DNA of 64,000 bases from a virus. Its lineage: Duplodnaviria > Caudoviricetes. Position numbers and translations under genes: made by a program. Positions 55,601 to 63,367 of this stretch are shown piece by piece. The notes under the pieces are model-generated. The model made no database searches. It was not told where the DNA came from and saw only the letters and a list, made by a program, of their open reading frames with translations. Where the stretch lies: positions 32,001-96,000 of IMG/VR virus record IMGVR_UViG_3300025606_000003; one strand, given 5' to 3'. Each line of letters starts with the position of its first letter. Within the stretch, counting starts at the first letter, position 1.

Positions 55601-57010
55601 GTACCGCTTACTGTGGTTGTACGTGCCTTTGAGCATAGACTGCAAAAAATTATCTTTCGAGCCCGTCTCGGGTTGCGTAGGTCCGATATCATACGCGGGC
55701 GCCGACCAACCGGACCGCCCGGGTCCAAGGCCGCGCCACGATTCGTTCCGTCTAAAAGCATTTTGCGGCCCCCAATGCTGGCCGTCCTCATTGTGGCCGT
55801 AGATGTGCGGGTCAACGGGGCCATCAGTTATAGGCATACCGTCAACAGTGCCTATTACTTCTGCATTGTCTTTTGGAAAAGTTATGCCAGTTGTTTTTGT
55901 GATACGCTTTTGTAACTCCGCCATGGACAGCCCAGCAGTCTGGTCTTGTGTGTCCTGCGGCGGCGCAGCAGCGTAGCTTTTGGGATTCCCGGCGGCGTTG
56001 TATTGCTGCATTTGCATACGCAGCCACGCCTGACCAGCGGGCGCGTTAAGCAGCTGCGTCATGTTCTTATCGCCACCGAGCGGCGCGTACCCATGTTGCT
56101 GTGCTTGTTGCCGCATCCAGTCAATCTTAGGCGCATAACCCGGGGCTAACGACACGCGAGCTTGCACCGGAGCGCCAGTGGCTGTGCGCGCAGCGTCGGC
56201 AGCATTTACAAACTCACCCATGACAGCGCCGGGCTCGTGAAAATGAGCGGAAGGATGTGCCTCGAAAGCGCCCGACATGGGCGTGACTTCCATGCCTGTA
56301 TCTTGAATCTGCTTCAATGCCGGCGGCGCTTGCGGCACATGTTCAAGTTCATGCAACCCAATAAGTGACCGGGGCAACGCTTTGCCCCACGTGTTGGCAT
56401 CTTGAAAGTAGTTTTTATCGCCCTCGTATTTCGTACCCATCCAATTGTTTTGCCCGGCGTACTGCTGTTTTGGATTGTTGGGCAAATTCAACGTAGGCGG
56501 TGCGGCGCCATGTGGCGTAACGTTTGAGCCCATGAGCTTGCCGGCGGGGTCTTCAACAAGCTCAAAAGGTGTCCGTTTCTGGACGTTCGCGATTTGGTCT
56601 TGAAATTTTTTATCTAGAACGCCGGTGTACCGTTGCATGCTATCAGGCTGCGCAACGCCCGATTGCGAAGCTGCCGGCGCATTATGTTGCTGCAAATGAT
56701 CTTGCACGGAGCGATAAAAATTTTGCCTGTTTTGGCCAAAATCGTGGTCATCCCCCGAGTAGTTATTTCTCATCCACGCGGTCGACGCGGCGGCCGTGGC
56801 CTGCGGCGTATTCAAAAACGGCAGTTTTGGCACGACCGTATTTGGCGGTGCAACGGGCGCCGCCGCTGAAGGCGCCGGTTTAGGAGTTGCTGGCGCGGGC
56901 GGCAGCGGCGTGGCAGCCTGCTTTGCCCACGCTTTGCCGGCAGCCTGCGCACCGGTCTCGTCGCCTGGCTCAGCGCCGGTTCTATCCAGACTGGGAGCGT
57001 TCTCGGGCAT
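52652..57010 (-). CDS. Polyvalent protein: HExxH domain + DPxGWxQWY domain + SNF2-like SF2 helicase + C-terminal membrane hairpin
   Basis: LHELEH; DPKGWAQWYKRY..GRR.PDED.RQIKRW; YHGLGSGKS, PASL, DEAA, LTGTP, WN..R..QAQGRGLRFDSH; boundaries WAKQAA, WAKLAA, GKQAA, QKTAK. Confidence 0.8.
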   Translation of the reverse strand: MPENAPSLDRTGAEPGDETGAQAAGKAWAKQAATPLPPAPATPKPAPSAAAPVAPPNTVVPKLPFLNTPQATAAASTAWMRNNYSGDDHDFGQNRQNFYRSVQDHLQQHNAPAASQSGVAQPDSMQRYTGVLDKKFQDQIANVQKRTPFELVEDPAGKLMGSNVTPHGAAPPTLNLPNNPKQQYAGQNNWMGTKYEGDKNYFQDANTWGKALPRSLIGLHELEHVPQAPPALKQIQDTGMEVTPMSGAFEAHPSAHFHEPGAVMGEFVNAADAARTATGAPVQARVSLAPGYAPKIDWMRQQAQQHGYAPLGGDKNMTQLLNAPAGQAWLRMQMQQYNAAGNPKSYAAAPPQDTQDQTAGLSMAELQKRITKTTGITFPKDNAEVIGTVDGMPITDGPVDPHIYGHNEDGQHWGPQNAFRRNESWRGLGPGRSGWSAPAYDIGPTQPETGSKDNFLQSMLKGTYNHSKRYVYDHGFTGEALPGSEGYYNNLPPRQKNSAAVAAGRAWAKLAADFTPDYTPEQLENLGVYDALYRGQGPRLASLGEWKPEWISEHDPKGWAQWYKRYASGRRIPDEDARQIKRWLSFKARHGSSFAKNPTPRRGWALRNWAIDPAKMVPNEAQNGVVEMLDEHQRKAMQKYVQGLGKQAALLPEIQLQEHQQRIADRVSGEDPRMIVYHGLGSGKSLSAIAAAEAAKKLDGSSYGIVAPASLRGNFQKEIKKFTDSHPEVMSYTGLGMGKKFQKQPDTLIMDEAARLRNPDAAMSRAALQNAGLAKRVMLLTGTPITNEPKDLASLISIVRNEKYDPAQFDKDFIGEKKVWPSFWGFLHGAGTGVTPIMKNGPKLRKLLEGHIDYQPSKAPTGVNINEETVSVPLSAEQQRIQKAIRTKIPPGFLWKLDQEFPLSREELAKLNSFMTGMRQVSLSTQPFRADKSPLKAFQQSAKLQEAFKRLRETLNSDERKKAIIYSNFVDAGLSPYAAGLAENKIPYGIFHGGISTKQRQQALADYNAGKLRALLIGPAGAEGLSTKGTSLIQLLDPYWNEARLQQAQGRGLRFDSHDGLPEELKNVAVQRYLSRSEEPGLLGKLTGQRRQRTGDEVIQHLASTKEHLNEQFRQLLREIGTQQKTAKITDKPEHKPKTKSDATSPDDKKTPAKLPAKLPAKLPWMIPALGLAGKLGVGGAYGIASDEQVARVRAAVKNYDPNVFRNNTPPPNYTGLTYYQKTLSPGAQLKPFGIPVGELLVKLRSSPTLMKRLGTEPYLLKTPAEQRGVGGMAHYEMFSRGPVAAYMHQLKARLSDRAVPETLAPPGTRYSDWMGRKLEDFVAQRAGQRINPFEVTTRFMPHEEQVKLMEDFYKSLPTDQQQFRLEAENPGPGYADQTGNYLPKAEALINFRDKLKHIGYTTGGTAAGAALGHYLTRNKKDTNPLLYWSSVLGGGGLGAAAAYLAANKSRI

Positions 57011-57076
57011 ACGGGCATCCTTGCCGAGAGCCAATAGATATCTTTGCGCGCAGCTCAGCGCGCAAGAGCTCTGTTA

Positions 57077-57535
57077 TTACCGCTTCAGCGCACCCATGCC
57101 TGTGCCGCGAGGCGGTGTGGGTGTGGCGGGGCCAGGCCGGCGATCGCCGTACTGCATCGGCTGCCGCGGCGCGCCGGTACTAAACGTGGATCCATATCCG
57201 TCATTGACCCGGTACGCGTGCCCAGGTGTGACAGAGCGCCTGATATCGGTGTTACCCACGCCGCCAATCCCGCTTAGCCGTGGCTCCGTGTAATCAGCCT
57301 GCATCATGTCTTCGCCGGCGTTCGTCGTCTGTATTGAATTCGACACGTCTCCGGGGCCGGATTGTAAGTATTTGTGCCAACTTGGAGCCGTGTCGAGATA
57401 GTTTGGCGGCACTTTTTCGGCGTAACCGGCGTGTTGCTTGGGGTATTGATTGGCGACCGCCGTGGCGATTCCGTTCATGTCGATCGACAACTTGACCATT
57501 CTTCCAAACTGAAACGCGTTCATGTGTGCACTCAC
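57077..57535 (-). CDS. Putative internal virion protein
   Basis: MNAFQFGRMVKLS N-terminal motif, low-complexity remainder. Confidence 0.55.
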   Translation of the reverse strand: MSAHMNAFQFGRMVKLSIDMNGIATAVANQYPKQHAGYAEKVPPNYLDTAPSWHKYLQSGPGDVSNSIQTTNAGEDMMQADYTEPRLSGIGGVGNTDIRRSVTPGHAYRVNDGYGSTFSTGAPRQPMQYGDRRPGPATPTPPRGTGMGALKR

Positions 57536-57593
57536 TTTTGGGTTTACTGCAAGTTTACCGGCACTGTTTTAACTTACGGCGTGATCAGATCTG

Positions 57594-59027
57594 TCACTGT
57601 TGGGGCGCAGGCGGGCGACGGCTCATCACCTCAGCCATGCCAACGTCGCCACCGGCAGACGGATACTTGCGCAACAGCTCGCGCTCACCGCCTAACCGAT
57701 GCTGTTTGATATCAGCTTCGCTAGGCGGCCCAGCCTGCGTGTTCGGCTCGAGACCGATATTGTCCGTCAGCTCCCGAAGACGGCCGGCTTCTTGAAACAG
57801 CGCCCGTTGCTGCGCGCTAGGCGGCCCAGCCTGCGTGTTCGGCTCGAGACCGATGTTGTCCTTCAGCTCTTGCAGCCGACCGGCTTCCTGAAACAGCGCC
57901 CGTTGCTGCGCGAGTTGTTCCGGCAGCACGAGGTTATTCGGGTCATCTCCGGCCGGTTCTTGGTCGCCGGCAGCCAACAGCGCAGCGTGATCTTCAGGGG
58001 CTGCGCCACCGCCCGCCGAAAGCTGCGCCATTTGCCGCTCGTGCGCCTTTAGCGCCTCAGACTTGGGCGCCTCTGGAGTTACAGGCGGCTTGCTCCCGCC
58101 GAGCTGCGGCAACTTGTCCTTGAGCGAACCAAACATTTTCTGCAGCTTGGCGATCTGGTTCGGCGCAAAGCCGCCGACACCAGCGCCAACGCCACCGCCG
58201 ACAAGACCACCACCGAGCGCACCACGCAACGCAGCGCCAAGGCGGCCTTTGCGCTGTTTAACAATATTTCCGGCGTCGTCAACAGTCTCTTCTTCGCCCG
58301 GATTGAACGCGCCGTACAGGCCGCCAGCCAACGCACCCAGACCCGCGCCGCCGAGACCGCCCGCCATCATGGCCGGCGCCCGACTGGGGTTGTGGGGATC
58401 AGGCAGCGTGAGCTCGCCCTCGCCCTCGGCCCGCTTTTCGGCGACGGCCCGTTTGACATAAGCGCCAAACGCGCGCATGTTGGCAGCCTTCTGTTGCTGC
58501 TGTTGGCGCTTGTTTTTCCGTGCCGAGTACTTGAATTCCATGGAAGAATCTCCTTGAAGGAAAGTAATATCCTGAGCCGTGTTTTTTTTCTCGAGATCGC
58601 CGTAAACCAGTTGGCCGCCCGGCAAGTCAGACTGCCGACGCATGCTGTATTCCATAAGCTCGGGTATACGATTGATCTTGCGGGCCATATCTTCGCCCCA
58701 AGTATCTTGCTTACCGGTGATCGCGTTATGAAGGGCATGCCCAATATCTTCGGTTTTGTACTTGAGCCCTAGGCCAACCCCAGGCAGCCCATACTCAGCA
58801 GCGCCACCCAGCGCGCCACCAGCGGCGCCTCCGATGAGCGCTCCGCGCAGCCGTTTACCCTTACCGGCTGCCAGAGCGCCAACGCCGGTGCCAAGTCCGG
58901 CGGCCATCAACGGCGCAATAAACGCCGGGTCAATGGCAGAGCTAGCTCCAGCTTTCACAGCGGAGAGCGCGCCGGCTCGGTATTGAAGCTTCTGTGCCAT
59001 ATACTGCGGCCCACACAACAGCATCAA
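57594..59027 (-). CDS. Putative internal virion protein with two glycine-zipper hairpins and an internal repeat
   Basis: KGKRLRGALIGG; RKGRLGAALRGALGG; KAAN, KRAV, EKRA; internal SD+ATG at 58541. Confidence 0.6.
   Translation of the reverse strand: MMLLCGPQYMAQKLQYRAGALSAVKAGASSAIDPAFIAPLMAAGLGTGVGALAAGKGKRLRGALIGGAAGGALGGAAEYGLPGVGLGLKYKTEDIGHALHNAITGKQDTWGEDMARKINRIPELMEYSMRRQSDLPGGQLVYGDLEKKNTAQDITFLQGDSSMEFKYSARKNKRQQQQQKAANMRAFGAYVKRAVAEKRAEGEGELTLPDPHNPSRAPAMMAGGLGGAGLGALAGGLYGAFNPGEEETVDDAGNIVKQRKGRLGAALRGALGGGLVGGGVGAGVGGFAPNQIAKLQKMFGSLKDKLPQLGGSKPPVTPEAPKSEALKAHERQMAQLSAGGGAAPEDHAALLAAGDQEPAGDDPNNLVLPEQLAQQRALFQEAGRLQELKDNIGLEPNTQAGPPSAQQRALFQEAGRLRELTDNIGLEPNTQAGPPSEADIKQHRLGGERELLRKYPSAGGDVGMAEVMSRRPPAPQQ
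57721..57912. repeat. Diverged 96-bp tandem duplication
   Basis: Encodes AQQRALFQEAGRL.EL.DNIGLEPNTQAGPPS twice. Confidence 0.9.
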
Positions 59028-59081
59028 AACAACACGGAATTACGCAAAACTACGCAAGAATATGGCAGTATACCAACTAAC

Positions 59082-60611
59082 CTACCCGATAGTTAGCAAC
59101 TCGTAGCGGATATGCCTGCCAAACTCACGCGGGGTGATTGCGGCAGCTTTGCGCAGCGGTTTTTTATCTTTTTGCTCAGGTTTTTTTGTGCTTGTGTTTT
59201 TTTTATCGTCACGGTCGGGCATTTTGATCGTAGCGGGCGAAGTATCTTTGTCTTTTTCGCTGTGCGACTTGGCGGGTTTTTGAGGCTCGTTGACGTACTT
59301 TCCGCCACGGCGGCGCGACTCCATCAGGCCAAACCGTTTACCCTGCAGCATGCCGTAAAGCGGCAGCATGGCCGCAAACGGCCCTGCAAACGGCGCTGCG
59401 GCAGCCCCCATGTAGCTGCCATACCCAGCCGGCAGCATTTTTTGCCGGTCGTCTAGAATCTTGTTCAGTTTGGCCGGGTTGTCTTTGTACGTACGCCGCA
59501 GATTCTTTTCGCTCAGTCTGTTGGCTTGCGCTTCTTGATACAGCGCGTGAAACATGCCGACCGTAGGCACCATGCGGCCAGCACCGTAAACATCGTGCAG
59601 TAAACCTTTACCCTGCCGCTTGAGCCATGTTTTTACTTTGTTTTCGTTGTCGGAATATTCCGGAACTTTGTTGCTGTTGAAATCAAGCGCGTGCCCAATT
59701 TCGTGCGTCAGTACCGCCGGCTTGTCGCCCATCAAATACGTGCTATTTGTAGCCGGGTTAAACAATGAGCCACGCAGTAACGCGGCATACAACTGCGTCG
59801 CGGGATGCTGCGCCAAGCCGAGTAGCTTTCCAGCAACCGATGTTCGCGGGTTCTTGAAGATACGCGGAATCTCGCGAAAGAAATCACCGCCGCCCAGGTA
59901 CACACGGTGATCTTTGAGCGCTTCCGGATCCGCGCGCTCCATGTCTTTGGCTAACTGCGTAAGTTTCTGTGCGCGCGCGTCGTCAGGGCTGATCTCTGGC
60001 GTGAGATAACCGCCGTTCGCGCCTTGCCACTGTGTCGGATTCACGTGACTGCGCAGCGACATGATTGTGCCGCCTGGAAATGCGCCAAGATGCCCAACCG
60101 TTGAGGCCAATGCGCGCGCACCCAGACCGCCCCGCATGACCTCGAGCGCCGCAGATTTGTCCTGCAAACTGGTTACGGCGCTGGTTGTTGGGCTGGGTAC
60201 AGCTGCCTGTTTTGGCTGCTGCCCGTAAATTTCATCGTAGGCTGCGTATACGGGCAGTTTACTGTGATCGCTGTACAACTCGCTGATTTTGTGCTTTGGC
60301 GTAATACCCGGAGGCGCCGCCAGCGAAAAAAAGTGCGGAAACACTTCGTCATTGAGTCCGGTTAACGGCCGTTTTTGCAGCAAATCCGCGTATGCCTCGG
60401 CCGGCACAGGATCGCCATACCGCACGTTTGTAAATCCAAGTTTGTAGCCGGCTTTGTTCGCATGCGCAGCGGCTGCGCGCAAGTACTCTGGAAATTTCTT
60501 GTAATCCGTTTTGTCGTCAAACAACCACGGCGTACGGTCAGAGAGCCCGTAATCGTCCGCGGCGCCGTATGCCCGCTTTATGTTGTTAGCAACAGATGTT
60601 TCAGGCGGCAT
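59082..60611 (-). CDS. Modular protein with a zinc metallopeptidase domain
   Basis: LTHEIGHALD...LYQEAQAN; IKRAY, PKQAA, DKSAA, RKAAA. Confidence 0.7.
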   Translation of the reverse strand: MPPETSVANNIKRAYGAADDYGLSDRTPWLFDDKTDYKKFPEYLRAAAAHANKAGYKLGFTNVRYGDPVPAEAYADLLQKRPLTGLNDEVFPHFFSLAAPPGITPKHKISELYSDHSKLPVYAAYDEIYGQQPKQAAVPSPTTSAVTSLQDKSAALEVMRGGLGARALASTVGHLGAFPGGTIMSLRSHVNPTQWQGANGGYLTPEISPDDARAQKLTQLAKDMERADPEALKDHRVYLGGGDFFREIPRIFKNPRTSVAGKLLGLAQHPATQLYAALLRGSLFNPATNSTYLMGDKPAVLTHEIGHALDFNSNKVPEYSDNENKVKTWLKRQGKGLLHDVYGAGRMVPTVGMFHALYQEAQANRLSEKNLRRTYKDNPAKLNKILDDRQKMLPAGYGSYMGAAAAPFAGPFAAMLPLYGMLQGKRFGLMESRRRGGKYVNEPQKPAKSHSEKDKDTSPATIKMPDRDDKKNTSTKKPEQKDKKPLRKAAAITPREFGRHIRYELLTIG

Positions 60612-60636
60612 GCGACAGCTTTTCTAAAAATGGCCT

Positions 60637-60671
60637 GGTTAGATATCCCGGTTAGATATCAATTAGATATC
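60637..60671. repeat. Three tandem TTAGATATC sites
   Basis: ggTTAGATATCccggTTAGATATCaaTTAGATATC in the intergenic gap. Confidence 0.9.
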
Positions 60672-62514
60672 AGTGTTCGATCTCAGCGCCGTGGGCCGTT
60701 GAACCTAACCCGGCGCCAAAGCCGTTACTGTGCGCCATCGCGTGCTCAAGGCCGTGCAACACCGGGTGCGCAACGGTGTGCGCGGCTTCATATGGCAGCG
60801 CGAGACTGTGCGGCAGTAAATTAGTTGGGTTGCCGGTGTTCGCAAAATTAGTCGGGCCGTTCAACGGGTGGCCGATAGCATCTGCGCCAAGATTGCGCGC
60901 CGCCTGCTCAATCGGCGCGCCAATGTTATGCTCATAGGCGCGCCATAGATTCTGCGCAGTTTCTGGGACTGCTCGCTGGATCTGTTTGCCAAGCTGGGTT
61001 TTCATGTCGCCAAACCGAGCAGCCGTGTTAAGCTGCGCGTCGCTAAGCCGCAGCGCTGTTTGATGGCCGAACTGTGACAGGTTTCCTGCATACCGGGAAA
61101 ACGTCGGGAGCATTTGTTGCACGCGCGGGTTTGCAGCTGCCGCGCCCAGTGCGCCGGCAGCCGTTGTGCCGGCTTGCGCAGCTGTGGTGCCGCCAGCAGC
61201 AGCAACAGCCGGAGCAGCCGCAGCTGCGCCGGCCACAGCCGGAATTGCTGCAGCAGCTCCGGCGCCCACACCCAGGGCGCCCTGCCCAATCCGCATGTTT
61301 TGGGCTTCTCGCGGATCTGTTACTTGCTGGCTTGTATTTGGGTTGTACCAGCGACTCAGCGTGTCTTGATAGCCGGCCCGGCCGAACAACCCGCCGATTT
61401 GCTTTGGCATCAGCGCGTCTGTGCCAGCAGCCGAGCGGTTTGGAGTTAGGCCTGTCGGTGCAGCCTGCTGTGGGGCCGCGCCAGTAGTTACCAGCGGCGA
61501 TTGGGCTGGCTGCAAAGCTGGCGGTGAGCTTGGCGGCGAGCTCAGCGGTTGCGGTTTAGGCGGCGCCAGCGACGTGGCCGACGTGACAGGCGTAAACTGC
61601 CCAGGAGCTTTGCCGGCTGCCGGGCCGGGCCTATTCAGCGACAGCGTGCCAGACGTTGAAGTTTGGTTTCCTGGTTGTGAATACGGCGCGAACTCTTGGG
61701 CCAACTTTAACCGCACAAGTTTGCCGAACTGATATGGCTGCATATCGTCAGCTGTCTTTACAGCCCCGGCAATCTTCGAGCTATCCGGCGAGTTCTTTGC
61801 GCCGAATGCAGCGTTGCCGTTGAGCTGGCCCTTGTTGCCCAGGGCGCCGAAAGCCTGAATCGGATTGTGCTGCGGATTGGAGCCCCCACCGACAGGCCCG
61901 GCAGGCTGTGTGTTTGCGGGATGCTGCGCAGCCGGTTGAGCAGCAGCATTTCCAGCGGGGGGCGCCATCCCCATCGGCAGCGGAATCATCGGCGCCGGCA
62001 TGGACATGCGCTTTAAAAGCATGTTTTGCGGCACGAAACGCGGGTCGCGGCCTTCCTGTCCAGCATGATGCGCCTCCATCATTTCGCGCAACGGCTTCGC
62101 AAGAACTACGGCTAATTTACCGAAAATGGCTTCGACAGAGTTGGAGCTGTGATTTTTGCCGTCTGGGCTCGAGTTATGTGTTTCGTCCTGTTTTGGCTGG
62201 ATTTCTGTACTGTCCTGGCCTGCGTAAGTCGGTTTGTCGTTCTGTGGCATCTTGACTTGCACCATCCCAGAGTTGGCTTGCTTTATCTCGTTGCCCAGTA
62301 TAGAGTTACGCTCAGTTTTTTTGGCGTTAGCAAAAACTGATAAAACGTTATCAAGTACGGCCAGCGCGGCGGCCTTCTCTTTGGATTCTGGTTCTTGCTT
62401 ATTTGCGTACATAGGCAGCTTCTTTTGGTTCGGGTATTCGTGCGCCCAGCGTTTGGCAATATCCGGATGTGCCGCCCAAAGAAAACGGCGCTGTTTTTCG
62501 GATTTAAACGGCAT
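60670..62514 (-). CDS. Low-complexity modular putative virion protein with MPFKS..QRR N-domain
   Basis: MPFKSEKQRRFLWAAHPDIAKRW; EKAAA, IKQAN, SKIAG, VKTAD, YQFGKLVRLKLA. Confidence 0.65.
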   Translation of the reverse strand: MPFKSEKQRRFLWAAHPDIAKRWAHEYPNQKKLPMYANKQEPESKEKAAALAVLDNVLSVFANAKKTERNSILGNEIKQANSGMVQVKMPQNDKPTYAGQDSTEIQPKQDETHNSSPDGKNHSSNSVEAIFGKLAVVLAKPLREMMEAHHAGQEGRDPRFVPQNMLLKRMSMPAPMIPLPMGMAPPAGNAAAQPAAQHPANTQPAGPVGGGSNPQHNPIQAFGALGNKGQLNGNAAFGAKNSPDSSKIAGAVKTADDMQPYQFGKLVRLKLAQEFAPYSQPGNQTSTSGTLSLNRPGPAAGKAPGQFTPVTSATSLAPPKPQPLSSPPSSPPALQPAQSPLVTTGAAPQQAAPTGLTPNRSAAGTDALMPKQIGGLFGRAGYQDTLSRWYNPNTSQQVTDPREAQNMRIGQGALGVGAGAAAAIPAVAGAAAAAPAVAAAGGTTAAQAGTTAAGALGAAAANPRVQQMLPTFSRYAGNLSQFGHQTALRLSDAQLNTAARFGDMKTQLGKQIQRAVPETAQNLWRAYEHNIGAPIEQAARNLGADAIGHPLNGPTNFANTGNPTNLLPHSLALPYEAAHTVAHPVLHGLEHAMAHSNGFGAGLGSTAHGAEIEH

Positions 62515-62567
62515 GGCGCGATTCCCTATCAGAATAGCGTTATCTTAGCAAACTGATATGGAAAGCA

Positions 62568-62630
62568 CTGATAGCTAAAAAAAGGCCGCAAAGGCCTTCG
62601 TGGTGAGTTGACGGCGTCGCCAACTCACCA
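62568..62630 (-). terminator. Tandem hairpins, U-tract and TTAGCTATCAG box
   Basis: tggtgagttg/caactcacca stem; aaggcc-tttgc-ggcctt-ttttt merging into the box on the minus strand. Confidence 0.75.
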
Positions 62631-62634
62631 CTAA

Positions 62635-62793
62635 TCAGGTCACGTCCCAGCTGTTCAGCCGGACGTGCCGGCCGTCGAGGCTCTTGGCCACCAGGCGGTT
62701 CAGCCGGTGGTTGTGCCGCTTGAGGGCGCGGCGGATCTTGGCGGCGCCCCGCGTCTTGGGGCAGTGCCGCCAAGCCCGTTGCCAGTCGGTCAT
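62635..62793 (-). CDS. Small basic protein (52 aa)
   Basis: SD ggaggt; MTDWQRAWRHCPKTRGAAKIRRALKRHNHRLNR... Confidence 0.6.
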   Translation of the reverse strand: MTDWQRAWRHCPKTRGAAKIRRALKRHNHRLNRLVAKSLDGRHVRLNSWDVT

Positions 62794-63246
62794 GGTGACC
62801 TCCGGTGTTAGGCTGCAGGATTTACAAACGCATCCTGCTCGCGTTTCGCGGTGGCGGCTCGCTACGCCCAGCTGCACTTCCCAGCTGTATTACACCGGAG
62901 TTATCCGGCTTCACCAGAATTATCTGGGTCAGACTTCGTTGTACACCCGCCAGTCACGGCATGGGGGAGCGCCACTTCCCCTTCGCCAAGAGAGTTGCTA
63001 GCTCTTCTTGGCGCCATCACGAGCCGGGCGCTGGCGACGAGCGCCAACGGGGTTCGTGATGGGGCGGGCGACGACGGCAGCAACCTGCCACGACTTCGTC
63101 ACCAGCCGGCACCGACCACGACGGTAAGCCATAAAGCTATACCTCCGCGGGACGCATCTCGCTGCGTCCTAGCGTTCAGCTCGCGCCTACATAGGGCTTT
63201 ACGGGGGAGCTGAAGTCTCCCCGTACACAGATACGAATATCCGTGT
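62794..63246 (-). ncRNA. Candidate large structured RNA/leader (about 450 nt)
   Basis: At least 12 hairpins in series between promoter copy 2 and the 52-aa gene; no credible ORF. Confidence 0.6.
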
Positions 63247-63252
63247 ACATTT

Positions 63253-63281
63253 TATATGCCGTGTTTTTGGCCTGTATTTAG
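63253..63281 (-). promoter_or_regulatory. Bipartite promoter CTAAATA-N14-GGCATATA (copy 2)
   Basis: Exact boxes and spacer length shared with copies 1 and 3. Confidence 0.7.
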
Positions 63282-63295
63282 CTTGCAGCAAAACA

Positions 63296-63345
63296 GCTGA
63301 TAGCTAAGAGAAACCGAGCACGCGGAGCCCGTAGGCCCCGCTGCT
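63296..63345 (-). terminator. Hairpin + tttctc + TTAGCTATCAGC box
   Basis: gcggggcc-tacg-ggctccgc stem extended by agca/tgct, then the box. Confidence 0.6.
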
Positions 63346-63367
63346 GGTTTCCCCTGGCGCCGGTGGC

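Noticed and set aside
62800-62900. UAAUACAGC segment reminiscent of a twister ribozyme
   Set aside because: Could not build the required pseudoknots by eye; needs a covariance-model search.
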